NCBI GenBank assembly: GCA_000991135.1
Contig: LBST01000006.1
Span: forward strand, 46,663 to 110,662
DNA from: Candidatus Roizmanbacteria bacterium GW2011_GWC1_37_12
GTDB taxonomy: Bacteria > Patescibacteriota > Microgenomatia > UBA1406 > GWC2-37-13
DNA: 64,000 nucleotides
Direction: 5' to 3'
How positions within the stretch are numbered: position 1 is the first letter of the stretch; each line of letters begins with the position of its first letter. The position numbers were made by a program, and so were the translations under genes. Below the pieces are notes generated by a model. That model saw only the letters and a program-made list of their open reading frames with translations, was not told the origin of the DNA and searched no databases. Positions 9,310 through 17,276 of this stretch are shown here, piece after piece.

Positions 9310-10734
9310 ATGGCCAAAAAAACTTTTTATATTACTACCACCGCTCCTTATGTCAATGCTGATCCGCACATCGGTTTTGCTCTAGAAATCATCCAGGCCG
9401 ACGCCATCGCCAGATTTCATAGGCAATTCGGGGACGAGGTAGCTTTTGGTTTTGGAACTGACGAGCACGGCTTGAAAATTTATCGGAAAGCACTTGAGGC
9501 AAAAAAAGACCCGCTTAAATACTGTAGTGAATATGCTAAAAAATTTGACGATTTAAGAAAAGCTCTGAACCTAAGCACAACTCATTTTATTCGAACCACT
9601 GACAAACCACATATCAAAGCTGCTCAAGAATTTTGGAATCGTTGTTTTAAAAATGGAGATATTTACAAAAAAAATTATCGAATCAAGTACTGTGTTGGCT
9701 GCGAACTTGAAAAAACCGACTCTGAACTTTCTGATGGAAAATGCCCGGTTCACCCCAACCTAAAAATAGAAAACTATGAAGAAGAAAACTATTTTTTCCG
9801 ATTTTCCAAATACCAAAAAAAACTTCTAGAACTCTATGAAAAAAATCCTGATTTTGTCTTTCCTAAAAACAGACTTCTAGAGATAAAAACCTTTGTCGAA
9901 AAAGGACTTGAAGATTTTAGCGTTTCTCGATTAAAGAAAAAAATGCCTTGGGGTGTTGACGTCCCTAATGATCCAGAACACGTTATGTATGTCTGGTTCG
10001 ATGCTCTGGTTTTCTATATCTCAAATATTGGCTGGCCAGAAAATGAAAAAGAATTCGATTTATGGTGGCCAGTGATTCAAGTAGCAGGCAAAGACAATTT
10101 GAGACAACAATCAGCTATCTGGCAGGCGATGTTGATGTCAGCTGGATTACCAAATTCAAAACAAATATTTATCCATGGATTTATTACATCTAATGGACAA
10201 AAGATGAGTAAAAGCCTCGGCAATGTCATTAATCCATTCGACTTGGTAAAAAAATATGGGAGTGATACCGTCCGATATTACCTCTTAAAAGAAATTCCCT
10301 CTTTTGACGACGGCGATTTTTCATATCGAAGAATGGATGAGATCTACAACGCCGATCTCGCAAATGAACTAGGAAATTTAGTTTCTCGGTTAACAAATCT
10401 TGGAGAAACAGATAGTTTAACTGTCACCGATAAAACAATTGAACAATATAACAATAAAACGATAAAACAATATAACAATTTCCAATTCAACCTTATTCTC
10501 GAAAACATCTGGAAGCAAATAAAAACTCTTAATAAAACCATTGACGACTTTGCTCCATGGAAAAAAACACCTGAAGACAGAAAAGATTTTTTACTTCAAT
10601 GTTTCAAAACATTAAAATCCATTGCTTGGCAACTAGAACCATTTCTTCCGGAAACCGCCGAAAAAATAATTATAGCGGCAACATCAATAACAAAAATTAA
10701 AAAAATTCCTCCACTTTTTCCCAGATTGAAATGA
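9310..10734 (+). CDS. metG: Methionine--tRNA ligase (short form, no C-terminal tRNA-binding domain)
   Basis: Class I motifs PHIGFA (HIGH) and KMSKSLGN, and a Cys knuckle YCVGCE...CPVH. Contains an in-frame 24-nt tandem duplication. Confidence 0.9.
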   Translation: MAKKTFYITTTAPYVNADPHIGFALEIIQADAIARFHRQFGDEVAFGFGTDEHGLKIYRKALEAKKDPLKYCSEYAKKFDDLRKALNLSTTHFIRTTDKPHIKAAQEFWNRCFKNGDIYKKNYRIKYCVGCELEKTDSELSDGKCPVHPNLKIENYEEENYFFRFSKYQKKLLELYEKNPDFVFPKNRLLEIKTFVEKGLEDFSVSRLKKKMPWGVDVPNDPEHVMYVWFDALVFYISNIGWPENEKEFDLWWPVIQVAGKDNLRQQSAIWQAMLMSAGLPNSKQIFIHGFITSNGQKMSKSLGNVINPFDLVKKYGSDTVRYYLLKEIPSFDDGDFSYRRMDEIYNADLANELGNLVSRLTNLGETDSLTVTDKTIEQYNNKTIKQYNNFQFNLILENIWKQIKTLNKTIDDFAPWKKTPEDRKDFLLQCFKTLKSIAWQLEPFLPETAEKIIIAATSITKIKKIPPLFPRLK

Positions 10735-12941
10735 AAAACATCGATCAAATAAAAGAAATCATTAAAAAAAGAAAACGAAGGATTGCATCTTTAGGATTTT
10801 TGGCAGCTTTTTTCTTTGTCTTTTTTTATATTTTTTTTAATCTCCCTAATCCTTATAAACTAAAAGATTTCCAAGCAACTCCTCTATCGACACAGATATT
10901 TGACAGAAACGGAAAACTTCTCTATGACATTTATAAAGAGCAAAACCGCACTGCGGTAAAACTCAAAGACTTGCCCAAATATATTTCTCAAGCGACGATC
11001 GCCATCGAAGACAAAGATTTTTATAAACACCAAGGCGTTTCTTTGTTGGGCGGAATTTTAAGAGCGGTCAAAGATACCTTTCTAACAACAAAAGTCCAAG
11101 GAGGATCGACAATCACTCAACAACTAATCAAAACGTCTCTTCTTACTCCTGAAAGAACCATTAGGCGAAAAATCAGAGAAATCATTCTCGCTCTCTTTAC
11201 TGAAAAAATATACACCAAGGATGAAATATTGGAAATGTATCTCAATCAAGTTCCTTACGGAGGCGCTGCTTACGGCATCGAACAGGCAAGTATGTTGTAT
11301 TTTGACAAATCAGCCAAAAAGCTTTCGCTCGCAGAAGCAGCCTTTTTGGCCGGACTGCCCCAAGCTCCGTCTTTGTATTCGCCATATTTAAATCCCGAGC
11401 TTTCCCTAAATCGAAAAAATACTGTTTTGAAACAGTTGTATGAAGAAAAATATATTGACAAGAAAACTTATGAAAAGGCGCAAAAGGAAAAATTAGATAT
11501 TAAACCGCCAAAAAATATTATCAAAGCTCCCCACTTTGTTTTTTATGTGAAAAAAATTCTCGAAGAAAAATATGGAAAAGAAACTGTTGAAGAAGGGGGA
11601 CTCAAAGTCACGACCACCCTTGATCTCACTATCCAAGAAGAGGCAGAAAAAATTCTCAAAGAAGAACAAGAGAAAGTAAAGGATTTGGATGTTTCAAATG
11701 GAGCTGTCCTTGTCACCCGGCCGCCTACGGGCGAAATTCTGGCAATGATCGGATCGGTTGATTACTTTGCCGAGGGTAGCGGAGCCTTTAATGTGACAAC
11801 CGCCCTTCGCCAGCCGGGGAGCTCGATCAAGCCGATAAACTATGCTATCGGCCTGGATAGAAAATTGGTGACGCCGGCAACGGTATTCATCGACTCGCCT
11901 ACTTGCTTTACCGGAGGCGGACAACCGCAAGGATACTGTCCAGTCAACTATGACGGCAAGTTTCATGGACCCCAGGCTCTAAGATTTTCCCTCGGAAATT
12001 CCTACAATATTCCCGCGGTTAAGATGCTTGCCGTCAACGGCGTCAAAGAATTTGTTGCTTCTGCCTCAGCCTTTGGAATCACTACTTTTAAAGACTCTAA
12101 AAATTATGGCTTGTCACTGACTCTTGGCGGCGGAGAAGTAAGAATGACCGAGATGGCCCAGGCTTTTTCCGCCTTTGCCAACCGGGGAAAAGTGAAAAAG
12201 CTGATCGAAATTTTGAAAATTGAAGATAAATTGGGAAAAACTTTATATAAATTTGAAAACCCGAATTTTGTCGCTGATGTTAAAAAATCGATGACGGCTC
12301 CAAGTTCGCTTTCCATTACCGGGCAAAAAGCAATCACTCCTGAAACTGCTTTCTTGATTTCCCATATTCTTTTGGACAACAACGCCAGGTCATCTGCTTT
12401 TGGCGAATCGTCCTATCTAAATGTCCGCGGACACGCCGTCTCAGTCAAAACCGGAACCACCGACGACAAACGGGATAACTGGACGATCGGCTACACCCCC
12501 AACTTCCTAACCGCAGTCTGGGTCGGCAACAATGACAATACTCCGATGAATCCATATTTGACATCGGGGGTGACTGGAGCGGCACCGATTTGGAATCGAG
12601 TCATGAGCTATGTTTTAAAAAATCAGTCTGATCTTTGGCCTATCCGACCCGACACTGTTATCGGCCGCCAGGTCTGTTGGGATTCAGGAGATCTGGCAGG
12701 AAAGACAGAAGATGGCAAGGAAAATTGCTCTGCTCGTTTTGAATACTTTATCAAAGACAGCGAGCCTAAAGAATCCCATATTTCTAAACAAACAATCGCC
12801 GTGACGCGCGACGATAAGCTGGCGCCGATTAACTGGCCCGATGTTGAAATGAAAGAAAAAACCATTATCAAGGATATGTTTGGATTTTACTGCGTCGACT
12901 GTTCCCACGAAAACGAACCACCACAAACTATTAGACTATGA
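10731..12941 (+). CDS. Class A penicillin-binding protein (transglycosylase/transpeptidase)
   Basis: GT51 motifs EDKDFYKHQG, GGSTITQQL and RKIREI; transpeptidase motifs SSIK, SYN and KTGTT; N-terminal TM anchor. Confidence 0.9.
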   Translation: MKNIDQIKEIIKKRKRRIASLGFLAAFFFVFFYIFFNLPNPYKLKDFQATPLSTQIFDRNGKLLYDIYKEQNRTAVKLKDLPKYISQATIAIEDKDFYKHQGVSLLGGILRAVKDTFLTTKVQGGSTITQQLIKTSLLTPERTIRRKIREIILALFTEKIYTKDEILEMYLNQVPYGGAAYGIEQASMLYFDKSAKKLSLAEAAFLAGLPQAPSLYSPYLNPELSLNRKNTVLKQLYEEKYIDKKTYEKAQKEKLDIKPPKNIIKAPHFVFYVKKILEEKYGKETVEEGGLKVTTTLDLTIQEEAEKILKEEQEKVKDLDVSNGAVLVTRPPTGEILAMIGSVDYFAEGSGAFNVTTALRQPGSSIKPINYAIGLDRKLVTPATVFIDSPTCFTGGGQPQGYCPVNYDGKFHGPQALRFSLGNSYNIPAVKMLAVNGVKEFVASASAFGITTFKDSKNYGLSLTLGGGEVRMTEMAQAFSAFANRGKVKKLIEILKIEDKLGKTLYKFENPNFVADVKKSMTAPSSLSITGQKAITPETAFLISHILLDNNARSSAFGESSYLNVRGHAVSVKTGTTDDKRDNWTIGYTPNFLTAVWVGNNDNTPMNPYLTSGVTGAAPIWNRVMSYVLKNQSDLWPIRPDTVIGRQVCWDSGDLAGKTEDGKENCSARFEYFIKDSEPKESHISKQTIAVTRDDKLAPINWPDVEMKEKTIIKDMFGFYCVDCSHENEPPQTIRL

Positions 12942-13327
12942 ACTACCCTGATTTTTATAAAAATATTAAAACGATTGCCATCGTAGGTTTATCTGATAAA
13001 TCTGATCGGCCTTCATACAAAGTTTGTAAATATTTAATGGAACACGGCTTTAAGATTATTCCTGTCAATCCTAATATCGAATCAGTCTTTGGTTTAAAAA
13101 GTTTTCAGAATTTAAAAGATATAAAAGAACCTATCGATGTCGTTGATATTTTTCGAAAATCAGAATTTGTCGAACCTATCGTCGATGAAGCAATCAAAAT
13201 CGGTGCTAAGTCAATCTGGATGCAGGAAGGCGTTGTCAATGAAGTCGCCGCCGCCAAAGCCCGTTCTGCCGGATTAACTGTTGTCATGAACATGTGCATG
13301 ATGAAAGAATACAAAAAAATCATTTGA
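12938..13327 (+). CDS. CoA-binding domain protein (YccU/YneT-like)
   Basis: IAIVGLSDKSDRPSYKV...GFKIIPVNP...VDIFR...GAKSIWMQ, a typical CoA_binding_2 pattern. Confidence 0.8.
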   Translation: MNYPDFYKNIKTIAIVGLSDKSDRPSYKVCKYLMEHGFKIIPVNPNIESVFGLKSFQNLKDIKEPIDVVDIFRKSEFVEPIVDEAIKIGAKSIWMQEGVVNEVAAAKARSAGLTVVMNMCMMKEYKKII

Positions 13328-13360
13328 CAATTAAATAATATACTAGTATACTAGTATACA
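13324..13360 (+). promoter_or_regulatory. Promoter (TTGACA-17-TATACT) overlapped by a tandem CTAG palindromic operator
   Basis: TTGACA 13324-29; TATACT 13347-52; TATACTAGTATACTAGTATAC 13339-59 with CTAG centres 8 bp apart. Confidence 0.55.
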
Positions 13361-13363
13361 AAT

Positions 13364-13609
13364 ATGAACAAAGTAGGGGAGCTTATTGAGTCTTTTTTGA
13401 AAAATAAGACAAGCGCTGAAATGCTTGATTTTTTAAAAGGCATTTTAACACCACATGAGTTTGAAAAACTGGTAACAAGATTGCAAATAGTAAAACTATT
13501 AAAAAAAGGCCTCCCCCACCAAGAGATCGCCCGCCGATTAAAAGTTGGTGTGGCCACGGTGACAAGAGGGTCTAGGGAATTAAGAATGGGAAGATTTAAA
13601 AAAATATGA
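13364..13609 (+). CDS. Trp-repressor-fold regulator (YerC/YecD family)
   Basis: 81 aa; LTPHEFEKLVTRLQIVKLLKKGLPHQEIARRLKVGVATVTRGSREL matches the YerC/TrpR helix-turn-helix pattern. Confidence 0.85.
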   Translation: MNKVGELIESFLKNKTSAEMLDFLKGILTPHEFEKLVTRLQIVKLLKKGLPHQEIARRLKVGVATVTRGSRELRMGRFKKI

Positions 13610-13656
13610 AAAACAAAATATTTTCAAATAATTGGTGGATAGATTCCCTCTGGTGA
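13606..13656 (+). CDS. Candidate Trp leader peptide MKNKIFSNNWWIDSLW
   Basis: The ATG overlaps the upstream stop (ATATGA). 3 of 16 codons are TGG, two of them tandem. Alternative hairpins and a terminator follow immediately. Confidence 0.6.
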   Translation: MKNKIFSNNWWIDSLW

Positions 13657-13709
13657 AGCAGATGATTTTTTGGTGGTCAAACCTCTGCTTCAAGCGGAGG
13701 CTTTTTTTA
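13654..13709 (+). terminator. Attenuator: antiterminator (13654-62 with 13684-92) overlapping an intrinsic terminator (13682-88 / 13694-13700 plus T-run)
   Basis: TGAAGCAGA pairs with TCTGCTTCA. CCTCTGC-TTCAA-GCGGAGG is followed by CTTTTTTT. Confidence 0.6.
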
Positions 13710-13724
13710 TTAATAGTTCAAATT

Positions 13725-13800
13725 GTCATTGCGAGCGTCAGCGAAGCAATCTCAAAAATAGATCCCTCGCTTCCCTTCCAGGGTAAACGCTCGGGATGAC
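13725..13800. repeat. Composite palindromic repeat (GTCATTGCG...CGGGATGAC variant of the GTCAT/ATGAC family)
   Basis: Unit 1 is GTCATTGCGAGCGTCAGCGAAGCAATC. Unit 2 is GATCCCTCGCTTCCCTTCCAGGGTAAACGCTCGGGATGAC. It ends 1 nt before the trpB Shine-Dalgarno GGGAGGAG. Confidence 0.8.
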
Positions 13801-13812
13801 GGGAGGAGAAAT

Positions 13813-15120
13813 ATGAAAAACACAAAAATAACATTATCAGATTCGGAAATTCCGGAATATTACCTAAATATTTCTTATTATTTAAGCAAATATCTTAAGA
13901 AACTTCCGGAGCCGCCTTTAAATCCAGGGACCAAAAAGCCTGTCGGCCCAGCGGATTTGTCAGCGATTTTTCCAATGGAACTAATCAAGCAGGAAGTGTC
14001 ACTTGAAGAAAAAATCAGGATTCCCGAAGAAGTCAGGGAGCTATACAAACTTTACCGGCCGACTCCATTGATTCGCGCCTTTAGGCTGGAAAAATTCTTG
14101 GATACACCCGCTCATATCTATTATAAATACGAGGGAGCAGCGCCAACCGGTGCTCATAAACTAAATACCGCGATCGCCCAGGCTTATTACAACAAAAAGG
14201 AAGGCGTAAAAACCCTGGCGACGGAAACCGGAGCCGGCCAGTGGGGTTCGGCTCTTGCCCTGGCTGCCAATTTCTTTGAAATGAAGTTGGTCGTCTTTAT
14301 GGTAAGAGTCAGTTTGGACCAAAAACCTTTCCGAAAAACCGTTATGGAGACGTACGGCGCCGAAGTCTTTGCCAGTCCGTCGGAAAAGACAGAGTTTGGT
14401 AAGAAAATTTTAAAAACCAATCCCGATCATCCGGGCAGTCTAGGTATTGCCATCAGCGAGGCTCTGGAAACTGTCGTAAAAAATAAAGGCTATAAATATT
14501 CTCTCGGCAGCGTCCTGAATCACGTTTTGCTTCATCAAACAGTGGTCGGGCTTGAAGCAAAGAAACAGATGGAAAAAGACGGAGAATATCCGGATGTCAT
14601 CATCGGCTGCGTCGGCGGCGGCAGTAATTTTGCCGGCATTGCTTTTCCTTTTATGACAGATAAATTAAAAGCCAAAAAGAAAGTCCGTTTCATCGGCGTC
14701 GAACCGTCATCTTGTCCGTCTTTAACCAAAGGCAGGTATAAATACGACTTTGGCGATACCGCCCAGATGACGCCGCTTTTAAAAATGCATACTTTGGGAT
14801 CGGACTTTGTCCCTTCACCCATTCATGCCGGAGGATTGCGTTATCACGGCATGGCGCCATTGATTTCGTTTTTATACAACGAAAAACTAATGGAGGCAGT
14901 TGCCTATGAGCAAAATCCTGTTTTTCAAGCCGGAGTCGATTTTGCCCGTACTGAAGGGATCATTCCGGCGCCCGAGTCAAACCATGCTATAAAAGCGACC
15001 ATCGACGAAGCTCTAAAAGCTAAAAAAGAGGGAAAGAAAAAAATAATTCTTTTCAACCTTTCCGGTCACGGCCTTTTAGATCTCAACGGTTATGACAAAT
15101 TTTTACACAAAAAATTATAA
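13813..15120 (+). CDS. trpB: Tryptophan synthase beta chain, TrpB2 type
   Basis: 435 aa with a TrpB2-type N-terminal extension; PLP-lysine motif [10 protein letters not shown]; GGGSNFAG. Strong SD GGGAGGAG. No trpA nearby. Confidence 0.9.
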   Translation: MKNTKITLSDSEIPEYYLNISYYLSKYLKKLPEPPLNPGTKKPVGPADLSAIFPMELIKQEVSLEEKIRIPEEVRELYKLYRPTPLIRAFRLEKFLDTPAHIYYKYEGAAPTGAHKLNTAIAQAYYNKKEGVKTLATETGAGQWGSALALAANFFEMKLVVFMVRVSLDQKPFRKTVMETYGAEVFASPSEKTEFGKKILKTNPDHPGSLGIAISEALETVVKNKGYKYSLGSVLNHVLLHQTVVGLEAKKQMEKDGEYPDVIIGCVGGGSNFAGIAFPFMTDKLKAKKKVRFIGVEPSSCPSLTKGRYKYDFGDTAQMTPLLKMHTLGSDFVPSPIHAGGLRYHGMAPLISFLYNEKLMEAVAYEQNPVFQAGVDFARTEGIIPAPESNHAIKATIDEALKAKKEGKKKIILFNLSGHGLLDLNGYDKFLHKKL

Positions 15121-15135
15121 ATCTAAAGTAAAAAA

Positions 15136-16095
15136 ATGGCAGAGAAGAAAAGTGTTACAAAAATGTGGAGCGCTTTAAATCCTTCTATATTTGAAAGGGG
15201 TAGCTTTACTATGTTGTTTAAAAAACTAGAATTACTAAGTGTTGCTCATACAGTTGCTGACTTAGTTATGCCAAATAATGGGGCTATAGAAAATTTATAT
15301 CTAATAGGCTGCGCCACTGCCAATCGAGAAATAAGAGTAATAAAACAAGCTAATCAATCCTTAGTAAATAAAATTTGTATGAAGAATGTTCAAGCAATAG
15401 ACATTGCCCCTCAACTATTAGCTGTTGCTGATAAAAGATTAAGTTTGTTGAAATTATTTGGCTTAGTGAAAAATTACACAACCCAACAACTTTCTGCAGA
15501 ACAAATCAAATTTACAAAAAATAAAATGAATAGCTTAGCTATTTTAGGTATATACGATTTAAATGGTCTTCTAAAAGAAGGATCAGAAAAAAATGACGAG
15601 CCTTTAGGACTTGATGAATATTCAGGTCCAATGAGAGATGTGCTTGGAGAGTTAACTCAAATTTCATCCCTTCAATATTTAAATAGTGAGTTCAAAGAAA
15701 AAGAATTAATAGCAGATTATGATAGTTCTGCTCCTAATCATAATAATAATAAAATAAGAGAAAAACTTAGAAATTATCATAGTAGCAATACTGATATTTG
15801 CGCAATGAGAATAGCAATAAAGCATAAATCTAATCCTGATTCACCTGTTTTTGTCTCAACTTGGTTTAATTTAGTAATGATGAAATCCATCTTTCAAGAA
15901 TTAGGATTAGATTGTCAAATTAATTCATTAGATAGCGATAAAGGGGCTGTTCTTGTTGTCACTAAAAAAGGTTTTCGAAAGGATTATGGAGCATCAAATA
16001 TTGCACTTGCTCTCAATAATGTTTTTGGTAACTTGGCAAACGATCGAATCTTAACTAATTTTGCAAGAAAACTTGTTACATTTTGCAACAACTAA
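15136..16095 (+). CDS. Hypothetical protein, weak class I SAM-methyltransferase-like pattern
   Basis: 319-aa ORF 15 nt after trpB. LYLIGCATANRE and VQAIDIAPQLLAVA loosely resemble MTase motifs I and post-I. Very AT-rich by eye. Confidence 0.45.
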   Translation: MAEKKSVTKMWSALNPSIFERGSFTMLFKKLELLSVAHTVADLVMPNNGAIENLYLIGCATANREIRVIKQANQSLVNKICMKNVQAIDIAPQLLAVADKRLSLLKLFGLVKNYTTQQLSAEQIKFTKNKMNSLAILGIYDLNGLLKEGSEKNDEPLGLDEYSGPMRDVLGELTQISSLQYLNSEFKEKELIADYDSSAPNHNNNKIREKLRNYHSSNTDICAMRIAIKHKSNPDSPVFVSTWFNLVMMKSIFQELGLDCQINSLDSDKGAVLVVTKKGFRKDYGASNIALALNNVFGNLANDRILTNFARKLVTFCNN

Positions 16096-16099
16096 AAAT

Positions 16100-17275
16100 A
16101 TGAAAAAACAAAGAATAATTATTATCGGTGGAGGATCAACTGGATTATCTACAGCTATAAATTTAGCTAAATTTAATGAAAATGAAATAATAGTTTTAGA
16201 AAAATCTTTTGTTGGCTCTGGACAAACAGGTCAATGTTGTGGTTTTGTCAGAACATTTTACAATAAAAAAGAGATGGCTTTTTCCGCTTTTAAAAGTAAT
16301 CAGGAAATTAAAAGAATTTCAAAGCAAAATAATGATATTGAATATATTAAAAAGGGACTTTTAGTTATAAACAGTTTAAAAAATAAAAATCTGTTGATGG
16401 AAAACATCAAAATGTTAAGGTCATTAGGAATTAAGGCAGAATATCTAGAGAATAAACAACTTAATAAAATTAATCCATACATAAAAACTGAAAATAGTTA
16501 CGCCGGATTTGACCCAGAAGCCGGGTATGTGAATTCACGTCTCGTAGTAGATTACTTAAAAAATCAATGCGAAAATTTAGGAGTTAAAATAATTGAAAAT
16601 ACTAAAGTTTTAAATATTAGACTTAAAAAGAAAATTTTTTATATAAGGACTAATAAAGGCGAACTTAAGGCTGCTAAAGTATTTAACGCCACTGCAGCTT
16701 ACTCAAACAAGATCAATTCTTTTTTTGACTTTCAACTTCCTATAAAAATAGTAAAAACCAATAACTGTTTTTATAGACTACCAATGGGCCCACAAAGATT
16801 TACAACTGCGATCGCTGATTTTGTTAACCTTTTCTATATAATTCCCCATAAAGAGTTTATCGATGTAAGTTCACTCACTGTTGATTTAAAAAAACAAGTA
16901 AATCCTGAAGATAAAAACATCTACAGACTTGATGAAAACGCATCTAAGCAATATTTAAATATAATTTCAAAAAGAATAAAAAATGCTGAGAAATCAAGTC
17001 TCTTGGGAGGTTTTGGTTCATGTATAGATATTAGTCCTGATTATTATCCAATATTAGGCAAAATAGATGAAGTTCCAAATTTCTATTGCGCTACCGGCTT
17101 TAGCGGAACTGGCTTTAAACATTTTCCTATGATTGGAATTCTTATGGCAGAAACTATTCTTGAAAAAAAACCAACTTATCCAAACCTAGTATCATATTTT
17201 AATTATAAAAGATTTGAGAAAGAAAAGGAAAAAGAAAGGAAAAAGGTAACCGATAGTTATTTCGTAAAAAAATAA
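16100..17275 (+). CDS. FAD-dependent amine oxidoreductase (DAO family, sarcosine/N-methylamino-acid oxidase-like)
   Basis: Dinucleotide fold RIIIIGGGSTGLSTA...VLEK and a C-terminal ATGFSGTGFKHFPMIG like the GFSGHGFKF motif of MSOX/MTOX-type enzymes. The ATG at 16100 is preferred over the ORF-track start at 16061. Confidence 0.8.
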   Translation: MKKQRIIIIGGGSTGLSTAINLAKFNENEIIVLEKSFVGSGQTGQCCGFVRTFYNKKEMAFSAFKSNQEIKRISKQNNDIEYIKKGLLVINSLKNKNLLMENIKMLRSLGIKAEYLENKQLNKINPYIKTENSYAGFDPEAGYVNSRLVVDYLKNQCENLGVKIIENTKVLNIRLKKKIFYIRTNKGELKAAKVFNATAAYSNKINSFFDFQLPIKIVKTNNCFYRLPMGPQRFTTAIADFVNLFYIIPHKEFIDVSSLTVDLKKQVNPEDKNIYRLDENASKQYLNIISKRIKNAEKSSLLGGFGSCIDISPDYYPILGKIDEVPNFYCATGFSGTGFKHFPMIGILMAETILEKKPTYPNLVSYFNYKRFEKEKEKERKKVTDSYFVKK

Positions 17276-17276
17276 T

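Noticed and set aside
12620-12941. Cys-containing C-terminal extension of the class A PBP (VCWDS...ENCSARF...FYCVDCSHE) as a zinc-ribbon or novel domain
   Set aside because: The only evidence is a few Cys residues and no recognisable spacing pattern. It cannot be supported without profile or structure searches.
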